47,768 bases of DNA, taken from the sequence record SRR20825010_6613. The stretch is one strand, 5' to 3'. The translations under genes were made by a program, and so were the position numbers. Shown here in pieces: positions 29,394-39,236 of the stretch (position 1 is the first letter of the stretch; every line of letters starts with the position of its first letter). The notes beneath the pieces were generated by a model that was given only the letters and a program-made list of their open reading frames with translations, searched no databases and had not been told where the DNA came from.

Positions 29394-29505
29394 ATCGAAA
29401 AAATTGTGATTAAAGAATCAATAAACATAACAAGAAACAACTGCACAGTCAACCCAAAGTCTACTCAGAGGTTCTTTGTGAAGTTGAATCGGACACTAAA
29501 AAATG

Positions 29506-30807
29506 CTATTTTGAAGAAGCATATGGAGGCGTATACCCCCCAATACCCGCATCGTAAAGTGATTTTTTAAGGAATAGTGTGATTAACGCAATCTCAGTTG
29601 AAGTAAGATTCAGAGGCTTGAACAATGGGGACAACTGGTCTAGATGAATTTCCTTACTCTGAGCTTCACCCATATTAATATAATGGATTACTTCATCAAT
29701 AGAGGTGAAAGTAGCCCCGTGGCCAAAAAAAGCTGCATCTGCCAAGTTATAGAGTTGAGGAGTTTTAAACTTGTACATATCTTCGGGCCTTCGAGTAAAA
29801 CCGCCCCTTCCAAGTCTTTCATTTTTGAAGCCATTCGTTCTGTATGTTCCAATGCCTTTGAGTTCCCCCATTCCTAAAGCATGAAAGTCGACATTGCCTA
29901 ATGCGGGGTTCGAATGACAACTAACGCAGCCTCCTTTACCAAAAAAAAGTATCGCTCCCTTTTTTTCATTTCTGCTCATCGCCTTACGTTCTCCATCGAG
30001 CCATTTTTGAAAAGGAGCCTGATCAGTAAGAAGCGTTCTTTCATACGCGGCTATGGCAAGTGCAGCAGCAAAATCGCTATGGCGTTCTTCCTCATCTAAA
30101 TCAGGGAAGGCAGCAGCAAACAACTCTTTATATTTGGGATATTCTGAAAAAAAATCTTCTCCCAAACCCAATCTATGAACCTCAAAAGCAGCAATTGCCT
30201 GTGATTCCAAGCCATCAAAACCTAGATGATTTACAGCTGCTGGGACACTATTTTTCCACTCATTTTCTGTTCCAATATTAGACCCCTTTGCTCCAAACTG
30301 GCCATCCCAAAATACAGTTTCACTAAAAGCTGAGTTAAGAACAGTAGGGGATTTACGCATTTGTACGTCTATCTCTCTTTCTCTATAGTTAGGGTTTTTC
30401 ACTCGATCCTCCCCTCGTTTCCCAAAACCTATACCGCCATCGCCAATGGATTGGCGCGTTGCCACTTGAAAAGCAGCTCCGGCATTGTGGCAGGTTGCAC
30501 AGGTATATGATCTATACGAAAGCCCTTCTATCAAAGGTTTACTTCCCAAAGCAGTATCATGAAATAACAGCCTACCCAAATCAACCTTCGCATTTGTTAA
30601 AGGGTTTTTCGGATCTTGTGGAATGGCATCTAAGTTAGAAGGTGAAGGAAGCTTAAAGTATAACGCCCCGTTTTTGCCCCCAAGTTCATCCAGCCTACTC
30701 ATCAATCTTTGATCAATCCCGTGACTATAATCAGGAGCCATAAAGAGCTGCCTCAACAGTGAGACCATGAAGATCAATATTGATAAAAAAAATAGCTTAG
30801 ATTTCAC
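29506..30807 (-). CDS. Di-heme cytochrome c peroxidase / MauG family
   Basis: KVDLGRLLFHD, CATCH, FWDG, CVSCH, FKTPQL. Confidence 0.88.
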   Translation of the reverse strand: MKSKLFFLSILIFMVSLLRQLFMAPDYSHGIDQRLMSRLDELGGKNGALYFKLPSPSNLDAIPQDPKNPLTNAKVDLGRLLFHDTALGSKPLIEGLSYRSYTCATCHNAGAAFQVATRQSIGDGGIGFGKRGEDRVKNPNYREREIDVQMRKSPTVLNSAFSETVFWDGQFGAKGSNIGTENEWKNSVPAAVNHLGFDGLESQAIAAFEVHRLGLGEDFFSEYPKYKELFAAAFPDLDEEERHSDFAAALAIAAYERTLLTDQAPFQKWLDGERKAMSRNEKKGAILFFGKGGCVSCHSNPALGNVDFHALGMGELKGIGTYRTNGFKNERLGRGGFTRRPEDMYKFKTPQLYNLADAAFFGHGATFTSIDEVIHYINMGEAQSKEIHLDQLSPLFKPLNLTSTEIALITLFLKKSLYDAGIGGYTPPYASSK

Positions 30808-31014
30808 ATCGTCAAAATGACCAAAAAGCCTTAAGGATCAAAAAAATCAAACCTCAAATAATCGACTTAACCTACTATTTCTATTTTAATAGTAATCCCA
30901 TTTCAATTAAGGTACATTATGTGTACTCATAAGCTACTATTGTGGTAGCCCTTGCAATCAAAAATCAATCGCTTGGTTACTTCTGTTGTATGGCTTTGTC
31001 GAGTAACCTATAAT

Positions 31015-31049
31015 AAAACAGGCTACCCAAAATGAACAGCCTGTTTTTT
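31015..31049. terminator. Terminator downstream of the SSS gene
   Basis: AAAACAGGCT / AGCCTGTTTT inverted repeat. Confidence 0.75.
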
Positions 31050-31053
31050 ATGT

Positions 31054-32835
31054 TTAGAATGTCAATTTCTTCCAAGTCCGCAGCAGTAGCAAAACACTTA
31101 CCAGCGTAACCGACAATAGTATTGCAGCGGTTGAAATGTTACCATAAAGCAACATACCTACGCCAAATAGCGCACTGTACACAATGATAATTCCTAAGAA
31201 CATGGCGAGTAAATCAATGCTAAAACGACCAACTTGTGCGTCTAAATGAATACCTTCCTTTTGAGCTATTTTCTTGAATCCATTCCAACCTATACCATAA
31301 GGTTTTACTGAATTGAAGAAGGTAGCCAGTTTATTATAATCAGTTGGTTTGGTCAGTAAAGTAACAGCTACCCAAGCAAAAGTGGTTATACCTACACTCC
31401 ACAATAATTGATAATCATTAGGTATTGCAAGCATAAAGTCAGGCCCTGTTTTATCATAAAAAAGTAGCGCCATGATGAACGAAACCACCATTGCTGTAAG
31501 TTCAGAATAAGCATTAATACGCCACCAGAACCAGCGGAACAAGAATACTGCACCTGTTCCTGCTCCTACTTTCAGCAGAATATCGAAGGCTTCGTAGGCA
31601 CTCGTAAGTACCAGAGCAAATAGGGCCGCGAAAATCATTAAAACCACAGTAGATATTCTTCCAATATTCACCAATTCTTTTTCACTTGCTTCTGGCTTCA
31701 CAAACCTTTGGTAGAAATCATAGGCCACGTAAGAAGAACCCCAATTAAGATGTGTTGAAATCGTAGACATAAAGGCCGCGATCAATGAGGCAATCACAAT
31801 TCCCAAAAGTCCCTTAGGCAAAGTGAGTAGCATGGCTGAATAGCCTAAATCATGTCCCATTTTTCCTTCAGAAATATTTGGGAAGGCAGATCTTATTGAT
31901 TCTAAATCTGGATAAACCACCAGCGAAGCCAAGGCAATTAAAATCCATGGCCAAGGGCGTAATGCGTAATGCGTAATATTGAAGAGCAAAGTAGCCGAAA
32001 CTGCATTTTTTTCATCTTTGGCCGAAAGCATTCTCTGGGCAATGTAACCACCGCCACCGGGTTCGGCTCCAGGGTACCAGACACTCCACCATTGAACGGC
32101 CAGCGGCATTACCAAGAGTGTGATGAATAGTTCTCTATTATTGAAATCAGGGATCAAATCAAGTTTTGGAGCCACATTCGGGTTGGCCAAAAGCTCGGTT
32201 AAACCACCTACTTCAGGTAGATTGATGATGTAAACGGCCGCAGCTACTGAGCCTACCATGGCGACTAAAAATTGCAAAAAGTCAGTAAGAATCACGCCCC
32301 TTAATCCGCCCATAGAACTGTAGGCCACAGTAATTACCGAAGCGTATAACATGGTTTTCCAAGGCTCTAAACCAAACATGATCTCCCCAATTTTAATGGC
32401 AGCCAATGAAACCGAAGCCATAATCATCACATTGAAGAAAACACCTAGATAAATCGCACGGAAGCCCCTTAAGAAGGCCGCCTCTTTTCCACTATAACGT
32501 GTTTCATAAAATTCTAAATCTGTAAGTACGCCCGATTTTCTCCAAAGTTTGGCGTATACAAAAACGGTGAGCATACCTGTGACCAGAAAAGCCCACCAAA
32601 CCCAGTTACCTGCCACACCATTTTGGCGCACAATATCCGTCACCAAATTTGGAGTGTCAGCCGAAAAAGTGGTGGCAACCATAGAAATCCCCAATAACCA
32701 CCAAGGCATATTTCTGCCTGAGAGAAAAAATTCTTTTGAGCTCGTACCGGCCTTTTTAGATACTTTAAGGCCGATTAACAAAAAAATGACAAAAAAACCG
32801 AGGATGATAATCCAATCGAGTGTCGCTAGCTGCAT
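31054..32835 (-). CDS. Sodium:solute symporter (likely start 32835)
   Basis: FFLSGRNMPWW...SMVATTFSADTP, GGLRGVILTD, AAFMST. Confidence 0.9.
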   Translation of the reverse strand: MQLATLDWIIILGFFVIFLLIGLKVSKKAGTSSKEFFLSGRNMPWWLLGISMVATTFSADTPNLVTDIVRQNGVAGNWVWWAFLVTGMLTVFVYAKLWRKSGVLTDLEFYETRYSGKEAAFLRGFRAIYLGVFFNVMIMASVSLAAIKIGEIMFGLEPWKTMLYASVITVAYSSMGGLRGVILTDFLQFLVAMVGSVAAAVYIINLPEVGGLTELLANPNVAPKLDLIPDFNNRELFITLLVMPLAVQWWSVWYPGAEPGGGGYIAQRMLSAKDEKNAVSATLLFNITHYALRPWPWILIALASLVVYPDLESIRSAFPNISEGKMGHDLGYSAMLLTLPKGLLGIVIASLIAAFMSTISTHLNWGSSYVAYDFYQRFVKPEASEKELVNIGRISTVVLMIFAALFALVLTSAYEAFDILLKVGAGTGAVFLFRWFWWRINAYSELTAMVVSFIMALLFYDKTGPDFMLAIPNDYQLLWSVGITTFAWVAVTLLTKPTDYNKLATFFNSVKPYGIGWNGFKKIAQKEGIHLDAQVGRFSIDLLAMFLGIIIVYSALFGVGMLLYGNISTAAILLSVTLVSVLLLLRTWKKLTF

Positions 32836-32917
32836 AATAAATTGATTTGTTAAATTGACTCGTCTTGTCTTTTTCGACAACTTCGAGCCAACAATAATAA
32901 TTAAAATAGAGGACATT

Positions 32918-33808
32918 ATGGATTTGACTTTGGTAGTACTGGCTGCAGGCATGGGAAGCCGTTATGGTGGGAATAAACAATTGGACGGAATTGGCCCTAA
33001 TGGCGAGATCATTATGGACTATTCAATTCATGATGCCATAAATGCTGGATTTACTAAAGTGGTATTTATTATCCGCACCGATTTGAAAGATGCTTTTGAT
33101 GAGCATTACAAAAATAGATTCAACGGAAAGATCAAAATGGAGTATGCTTTTCAGAATGAATACACTGAGCATACTGCTGCATACGAGGCGGATAGAAAAA
33201 AACCTTGGGGAACAACCCATGCGATTTTAGCTGCCAAACATCTCATCAATGAGCCTTTTGTAGTGATTAATGCTGATGACTACTACGGGCAGGAATCTTT
33301 TAGCGAAGTGGTCACTGCTATGAAGACCCTAAAAGAGAACGAATACTTGATCATAGGCTATAGCTTGGTAAATACTCTTTCGGATCATGGAACAGTGAAT
33401 CGTGGCGTTTGCCAAGTGAGAGAAGACATGACGCTAACTGGCATCAAAGAAACTTTGGCCATTAGTAAAACGGGTGAGGATATTACTTATGAAGAAAATG
33501 GAACAAGACATTCGCTTGCTCCAGATACTTACGTATCAATGAATTTCTTAGGCTTTCCAGCCTCTGCCCTTCCGCTTTTCGAAGAAAAGTTTGTGGCCTT
33601 TGTAAAGGAAAATCATAGCAATCCTAAATCAGAATGTTTTGTTCCTGCTGAAATGGACAACTTAATGAATGAAGGCAAAGCCACCATACGCGTAGTACCT
33701 ACGTCTGCTTCTTGGCTGGGAGTTACCTATCAGGAAGATAAGCCATTTGTGGTGAGCGGAATCAGTAAAATGATTACTGACGGGAAATACCCAGAAGAAA
33801 TAAAATAA
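32918..33808 (+). CDS. Sugar-phosphate nucleotidyltransferase (likely start 32918)
   Basis: LAAGMGSRYGGNKQ, KPWGTTHA, INADDYYG, WLGVTY. Confidence 0.88.
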   Translation: MDLTLVVLAAGMGSRYGGNKQLDGIGPNGEIIMDYSIHDAINAGFTKVVFIIRTDLKDAFDEHYKNRFNGKIKMEYAFQNEYTEHTAAYEADRKKPWGTTHAILAAKHLINEPFVVINADDYYGQESFSEVVTAMKTLKENEYLIIGYSLVNTLSDHGTVNRGVCQVREDMTLTGIKETLAISKTGEDITYEENGTRHSLAPDTYVSMNFLGFPASALPLFEEKFVAFVKENHSNPKSECFVPAEMDNLMNEGKATIRVVPTSASWLGVTYQEDKPFVVSGISKMITDGKYPEEIK

Positions 33809-34836
33809 TGAATAGTGCCTTAGAAGCATTGAAGGCATTCCAATTAAAAGGGGCGATCGAAAAGGTTGCCCCTTTCGGTTCTGGGCACATTAATGACACC
33901 TATAAAGTAGAAACCCGTTGCGGAAACTATCTGCTTCAGAAGGTAAATACCAATGTTTTTCAGGACAGAGAAACACTAGAGAACAACCTCAAGCTTTTAC
34001 AAAGCTTACGGTCCAATGTTTTTGCGAAACATATCACTACTAAAAACGGAACCTGTTTTCATTTAGACCAAAGTGGTTGCTGGAAATTGCAAGAATTTGT
34101 GTTAAATACCTATGGGCCAACCACGGCTAATAATCTAAATTTGGTTGAAGAAGTGGGTAAAGGTTTTGGCATGTTTACCAAGGCAACTGCTTCACTGAAC
34201 GCTAAAGTCTTTGATGAAGCCATTCCCAATTTCCACAATCTAAATTGGCGCTTGGAACAGTTGAGTGAAGCCACTAATTCAAACAAAGCGAACCGAATAA
34301 AATCAGCCGAAAGTCTCATCGACCAAATAAATAGTTTTCGATGGATCGTTGATCACTTCAATAAGCTTGTTGAAAATGGCTTACCACTCAGGGTGTGCCA
34401 TAACGACACAAAAATTGATAATATTCTATTGAATGTTGGCAGTAATGAGTTCAGGCATGTGATTGATTTGGACACCACAGGTCCAGGTTATGTGCTATTT
34501 GATTTTGGCGACATGATGCGCACCTTACTCACCCCAACAAAAGAGGCGGAGCTAGATGTAAGTAAAATTGAAATCAGAGAAGGCTATTTAAACGCTCTGA
34601 GGTCGGGTTATCTTTCTTCTTGCAGTGAATCGCTTTCTCCCCTTGAAGTTGAAAATTTAGAGTTCGGAGGCTTATACATGTGCTACATGCAGGCCGTGCG
34701 CTTTTTAGCCGACTACCTGAATGGTGACACCTATTACAAAATAAGTTTCTCTGAGGAAAACTACATCAGGGCTAGAAATCAGATGGCTTTGCTTCAACTT
34801 ATGCGCACCAAAATTTTCAGCGGTAAAACCAATTAA
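33808..34836 (+). CDS. APH-fold sugar kinase (N-acetylhexosamine 1-kinase-like)
   Basis: GSGHINDTY, HNDTKIDN, VIDLDT, DFGD, RFLADYLNGDTYY. Confidence 0.8.
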   Translation: MNSALEALKAFQLKGAIEKVAPFGSGHINDTYKVETRCGNYLLQKVNTNVFQDRETLENNLKLLQSLRSNVFAKHITTKNGTCFHLDQSGCWKLQEFVLNTYGPTTANNLNLVEEVGKGFGMFTKATASLNAKVFDEAIPNFHNLNWRLEQLSEATNSNKANRIKSAESLIDQINSFRWIVDHFNKLVENGLPLRVCHNDTKIDNILLNVGSNEFRHVIDLDTTGPGYVLFDFGDMMRTLLTPTKEAELDVSKIEIREGYLNALRSGYLSSCSESLSPLEVENLEFGGLYMCYMQAVRFLADYLNGDTYYKISFSEENYIRARNQMALLQLMRTKIFSGKTN

Positions 34837-34942
34837 GAGCTAGTGCTTTTTTGGTGGGGTTATTACCGTTGAACAGAAATGTCGGTTTCCTGCTCTTGAG
34901 AAAATCGTTAGTTTTATTCGAACACAAGCAAAAAACTATCCT

Positions 34943-35518
34943 ATGAAAAGAGTTATTCTCACCTTATTTGTTCTTTCCACATTGTTCTCGGCCAACCTAA
35001 TGAATGGCCAAACATGGAAAGTAGATCCAGCGCATTCGAGCATATTATTTAATGCAAAACACTCGGGAATTTCCTTTGTGAATGGAAGATTCGAAAAGTT
35101 TGAAGCCACTGTTGAAGGCGGAACAGCAGAAGATTTTACCAATGCGAAAGTGACTTTTACTGCCCAAGTACAAAGCATCAATACAGGAGTGGATGGAAGA
35201 GATAACCACTTGAGGTCTGCTGATTTCTTTGACATGGAAAACCACCCAACCGTTACATTTAAAAGTACTTCTTTCACCAAGTCTGGTGACGGGATGTATA
35301 AAGTAGTGGGTGATTTAACCATGCGAGGTAACACAAAACAAGTGGAGCTGATGGCACAGCATATTGGGTCTATTGACACACGAGATGGAGGTAAGAAAGT
35401 AGGTTTTCAAATTAAAGGCAGCGTAGACAGAAATGAATTTGGCGTTTCTGGCGCAGGTGGGTCTGTCGCTCCAACAATTGAGATTATCTGCAATGTAGAA
35501 ATGGCTACGCAAAAATAA
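34943..35518 (+). CDS. YceI-family lipid/polyisoprenoid-binding protein
   Basis: Signal peptide; WKVDPAHS, RDNHLRSADFFD, GDLTMRG. Confidence 0.93.
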   Translation: MKRVILTLFVLSTLFSANLMNGQTWKVDPAHSSILFNAKHSGISFVNGRFEKFEATVEGGTAEDFTNAKVTFTAQVQSINTGVDGRDNHLRSADFFDMENHPTVTFKSTSFTKSGDGMYKVVGDLTMRGNTKQVELMAQHIGSIDTRDGGKKVGFQIKGSVDRNEFGVSGAGGSVAPTIEIICNVEMATQK

Positions 35519-35540
35519 ACCTATTCAAAAGATACTGAAA

Positions 35541-35571
35541 GGCTGTTTCATTTAATGAAACAGCCATTTTT
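35541..35571 (+). terminator. Intrinsic terminator
   Basis: GGCTGTTTCAT-TTA-ATGAAACAGCC followed by T-rich tail. Confidence 0.8.
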
Positions 35572-35584
35572 GTTATTTTTGGTC

Positions 35585-36091
35585 ATGACTGAAAAAACTG
35601 CTGAATATTACATTGAGAAGCTGAACCTTTTAGCTCATCCCGAAGGAGGCTATTATGCTGAAAATTATCGATCGGAAGAAAGCATCGAGAAAGACGCACT
35701 CCCAAGTCATTATCCATCCGCCAGGGTTTTCGGAACTTCAATTTACTTTTTGCTTACTCCCAGTAGCGTTTCCAATTTCCATAGGCTTAATTCAGACGAA
35801 ATTTGGCATTTTCATGATGGAGGTGCTGCTTGCATTCATATGCTTTCACCAGATGGGAATTTGGTTTCTAAAACCATCGGTAAGGCCTTAGAAAAAGGTG
35901 AAATTTTCCAAGTGGTAATTCCAAAACACCATTGGTTTGCTGCGGAAATCGTTCAAGGAGATTTCATTTTAGTAGGCTGTACTGTCTCACCAGGTTTCGA
36001 GTTTGAAGACTTTGAATTGGCCGATCGCTCGACTTTAGCTTCCGCTTATCCAGATCATAAAACACTGATTGGGCGTTTTACGAAAGCATAG
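35585..36091 (+). CDS. Cupin_5 (DUF985) protein
   Basis: [37 protein letters not shown]. Confidence 0.92.
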   Translation: MTEKTAEYYIEKLNLLAHPEGGYYAENYRSEESIEKDALPSHYPSARVFGTSIYFLLTPSSVSNFHRLNSDEIWHFHDGGAACIHMLSPDGNLVSKTIGKALEKGEIFQVVIPKHHWFAAEIVQGDFILVGCTVSPGFEFEDFELADRSTLASAYPDHKTLIGRFTKA

Positions 36092-36140
36092 TTGTGTGCT
36101 GCACGAATTTGCAGCGAAAAATAAAACCAAAAACAACAAC

Positions 36141-36461
36141 ATGCTTTTAACAACAACCCCAACTATCGAAGGTCACACCATTACAAAATACCATGGCGTA
36201 ATTACAGGCGAAGCCATTATTGGTGCCAACCTGTTCAAAGATATTTTCGCCAGCATTACCGACTTAGTCGGTGGTCGTTCTGGTTCCTATGAAAAGGTGC
36301 TTCGCGAAGCAAAAAATAATGCAATGCAAGAATTACAATATAACGCTCAAGCAATGGGCGCCAACGCAGTAGTGGGCATTGATTTGGATTACGAAACGAT
36401 AGGTCAAAGTTCTAGCATGCTTATGGTCACAGCCAGGGGAACTGCGGTAACTTATCAATAA
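36141..36461 (+). CDS. YbjQ / UPF0145 family protein
   Basis: [28 protein letters not shown]. Confidence 0.92.
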   Translation: MLLTTTPTIEGHTITKYHGVITGEAIIGANLFKDIFASITDLVGGRSGSYEKVLREAKNNAMQELQYNAQAMGANAVVGIDLDYETIGQSSSMLMVTARGTAVTYQ

Positions 36462-36488
36462 TACTCACCGATTGGTGTTTTTTATCCC

Positions 36489-36521
36489 AAAAGCCTCGGT
36501 CTCAAGTAGGTCGGGGCTTTT
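36489..36521 (+). terminator. Intrinsic terminator
   Basis: AAAAGCCTCG / CGGGGCTTTT stem with G-U pairs. Confidence 0.65.
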
Positions 36522-36625
36522 CCTTTCCCAAACCTCGGTAAACTTTTAGCATTTCTAAAAGTTACTAAAGCATAGTTAACACAGCTCGATGGTCGGACAT
36601 GTTTACCCTAATTAAGAAATAAATT

Positions 36626-36832
36626 ATGCTTTATAAATTCTTAGAAAATCCTTCAAGCCATTTCGATTCAGTTGAATACACTCCGGTGGTTCAACGGTCA
36701 ATCTTTAATGCCGATAACCCTGATGATAGCGACTTCCTTTCTAAAAACTCCGATTTGATATGGGGGATACTAGTTGGTGTTTTGGCAATAGGTTTTATTT
36801 GGTACACCTTTTTTAGGAAAAAGAAAAGATAG
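36626..36832 (+). CDS. Small C-terminally anchored membrane protein
   Basis: 68 aa, one TM helix then RKKKR; A-rich translation start region. Confidence 0.55.
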   Translation: MLYKFLENPSSHFDSVEYTPVVQRSIFNADNPDDSDFLSKNSDLIWGILVGVLAIGFIWYTFFRKKKR

Positions 36833-36841
36833 CCACCTTAA

Positions 36842-37066
36842 CTAGATAGACCTAAGATACAATTGCTCCACTTTATCTCTCGCCCAAGGCGTTTTACGCA
36901 AAAAAGTAAGGCTCGATTTGATGGATGGATCATGGGTAAAACAACGAATATTAATTCTATCGCCTAGTTCTTCCCAACCATATTTTTCCACCAATACGGC
37001 AAGGATATCGGCCAGTTTTATTCCGTGGAGGGGATTATTCGGTTGGGCTTCTTTTGGGTTGGTCAT
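36842..37066 (-). CDS. DUF2132 (VF530) family putative DNA-binding protein
   Basis: NPLHGIKL...YGWEEL...[19 protein letters not shown]; likely start 37066. Confidence 0.9.
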   Translation of the reverse strand: MTNPKEAQPNNPLHGIKLADILAVLVEKYGWEELGDRINIRCFTHDPSIKSSLTFLRKTPWARDKVEQLYLRSI

Positions 37067-37228
37067 AGTTATGGCTCTTATTTCTTTCTTTCCCTGAGGC
37101 ACGAAGGGTCTAGTCTGATTAGCTCCTTGGTTTCCATTCAGGATGAAAAGCATTGTGCAATAAAGTGCTTTACATGCTAAAATTGAATAAACAAAAAATA
37201 GCCTCGACATGAATGCCTAGGCCTTTAT

Positions 37229-38374
37229 CTAAATTTCAGAATCTCTATAGAAACTACTGATGTTACCGATAATTTGATCGTAGATTCGATCTACAAAACC
37301 GATGAATAAAGTTTGAGGTGGAGGCGGAGGTAATTCTTTACCTTTGCTCATTTCTATTTCATCGCGGTTCAGCGCCCTAGAATCTCCGTTAAACGAGGCC
37401 CATTCGTGTACCCAAACATCTTTGCTTGGCAACTTACGATTGGTCAAAATTCGGTTAGTATACGCATCTCGTATTTCGAAATTCATGACCCCTTGTGACG
37501 AAAGTGTTTTCCGGTTTACAGTCAATTGGGCTTTTACAGTATTGTAAACATCGTGCTTCACGCCTTTGTCGTCAGTAAACTGCCCAACCACTACACTATC
37601 GCGTTTTATTTCTTTAGTATTCGACTCAATCAAAGTTTGACCCAGTACAAAATCATCAAACTGCATCGATACGATTTGGTCGGGTTGCAAATTAATTTGC
37701 TCGGCTTCATCAACAGTGAAAAACTGAATGAATCTGCCTTCACTGAACCTGTCCAAATACTCGATAATTTGGTTTTCGAAGTATTCGTTAGTCAACTCTA
37801 AGCTGCGAGAATGAACTGGAATAGGTTCGATTAAAACTCGAACAGTGCCCATGTTTCTTGCGTCAGTCAACAAACTGTCAATGTTGGGCACGTTTCTATC
37901 AAAGTTGAGTGCAAAATTGAAATGCTTAAAAGCCCTTCTTCCGCCTTCAACAGTATTGGTCGCCAAAGCACTATTGCCCAGTTCTACTTGATAATCTGCC
38001 GCTTTTCTAGCGGCATCACTTTCTTCAGTGATATAAGATTTAGGCATTACCAGTGATAGGCAAGCTGGGCATCGCTGAATTTGACGATAGTAACTGTTCA
38101 GCTGCTGGTACTGGTAATAAGTCGCTTCCCATTTATTTGGATCATTATTTACAGCCAGCATCCGGATGTAATCCATATGATAGTTGGTAGCCAAACGGTA
38201 ACCCTCAATCAATACATCTTGTGACTTCTTATTGTCTGGGTTCGATTGTAAACGATTGATGGCACGGTCTAAAGCCGTTTCGTAATTACCTTTTTCAAGT
38301 GCATTCTTCCCTGTAGCACAGCTTACGATAGTCAGCACCATAAGCGCCAAAAGTGAGTGTAGAAAATTTTTCAT
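37229..38374 (-). CDS. Hypothetical lipoprotein with TPR-like N-terminus
   Basis: Lipobox IVSC; helical repeats then a beta-rich region. Confidence 0.75.
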   Translation of the reverse strand: MKNFLHSLLALMVLTIVSCATGKNALEKGNYETALDRAINRLQSNPDNKKSQDVLIEGYRLATNYHMDYIRMLAVNNDPNKWEATYYQYQQLNSYYRQIQRCPACLSLVMPKSYITEESDAARKAADYQVELGNSALATNTVEGGRRAFKHFNFALNFDRNVPNIDSLLTDARNMGTVRVLIEPIPVHSRSLELTNEYFENQIIEYLDRFSEGRFIQFFTVDEAEQINLQPDQIVSMQFDDFVLGQTLIESNTKEIKRDSVVVGQFTDDKGVKHDVYNTVKAQLTVNRKTLSSQGVMNFEIRDAYTNRILTNRKLPSKDVWVHEWASFNGDSRALNRDEIEMSKGKELPPPPPQTLFIGFVDRIYDQIIGNISSFYRDSEI

Positions 38375-38424
38375 AAGCTTTATTGTTTGGTTGAGTTAAT
38401 CTCTATTCCAAATCCAATGCCAAA

Positions 38425-39171
38425 TTAGCGTTTATTCTCCTCATCTAGTTCAATGATCTTAGATTTCATCATTTCATAAACCTGAGCTTTCAGGGCCGGA
38501 AGGTCTTTTTGAGTCATATTTTGGGTTGAAATTGGAGGAAGAAAATAATTATGAATGAGTCCTGGCCTCAAGCCCAATTGACCCTTAGGCATCAGCCTTT
38601 TCGCATTGTAAATAACCAAAGGCATAATGGCAGTACCCGTATCAATGGCTAATCTGAAGGGTCCATTATAGAAGGGAAGCAGTGGTTCATCTGTATTGTT
38701 TCGTGTACCCTCTGGTGCTACTATAATGGATAGGCCTCGATTTAAGTTCTTTATCAATTTCTCCACACTCCTCTTTCTACTTTCTTCGCTGGTTCGGTCT
38801 ACCCAAACGGCAAAGCCACTGGTAATAAATCCGAAGATTGGGATTTTAGCTAGTTCCTTTTTTCCCAAACCTTTTAAAGAAACAGGAATGGCTCTTGGAA
38901 TGGCTGGTGCGTCCAAAAAGGAAGTGTGATTAATGGTGAAAATATAGGGCTCCCCACGCTTAATCAACTTTCGGTTATGTGTTTTAAAATGGATAAAAGA
39001 AAACACAGAAAATAAGAAAGCCCAAACACGAGCAAAAAAATAACTGAAGTTGTCCAGTTTATCATTTATCAATTTGGGGATTACTATAAAAGGAGACAGG
39101 GCAATCATGATGGCTACAAACCAAATGGCGCACCAAACGGTGAACAGTATTTGAATCCCTTTTTTCAGCAT
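38425..39171 (-). CDS. plsC: 1-acyl-sn-glycerol-3-phosphate acyltransferase family
   Basis: NHTSFLD, PEGTR, N-terminal TM. Confidence 0.85.
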   Translation of the reverse strand: MLKKGIQILFTVWCAIWFVAIMIALSPFIVIPKLINDKLDNFSYFFARVWAFLFSVFSFIHFKTHNRKLIKRGEPYIFTINHTSFLDAPAIPRAIPVSLKGLGKKELAKIPIFGFITSGFAVWVDRTSEESRKRSVEKLIKNLNRGLSIIVAPEGTRNNTDEPLLPFYNGPFRLAIDTGTAIMPLVIYNAKRLMPKGQLGLRPGLIHNYFLPPISTQNMTQKDLPALKAQVYEMMKSKIIELDEENKR

Positions 39172-39236
39172 AAAATCTTTTCAGAAGAATTAGCTAAAAT
39201 AGTTTTTTTATGTGGAATGCGTCATTAGATTTGAGT

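Noticed and set aside
32836-32952. Apparent head-to-head overlap of the SSS and nucleotidyltransferase ORFs
   Set aside because: Artefact of longest-ORF calling; family-consistent starts at 32835 and 32918 leave an 82-bp gap
33808-34836. Aminoglycoside resistance gene
   Set aside because: Motifs and coupling to a sugar nucleotidyltransferase fit a sugar kinase with the APH fold
34936-35379. 147-aa antisense ORF, and similar shadow ORFs such as 11320-11784, 28681-29040 and 42512-42985
   Set aside because: They lie opposite well-supported genes and carry no motifs
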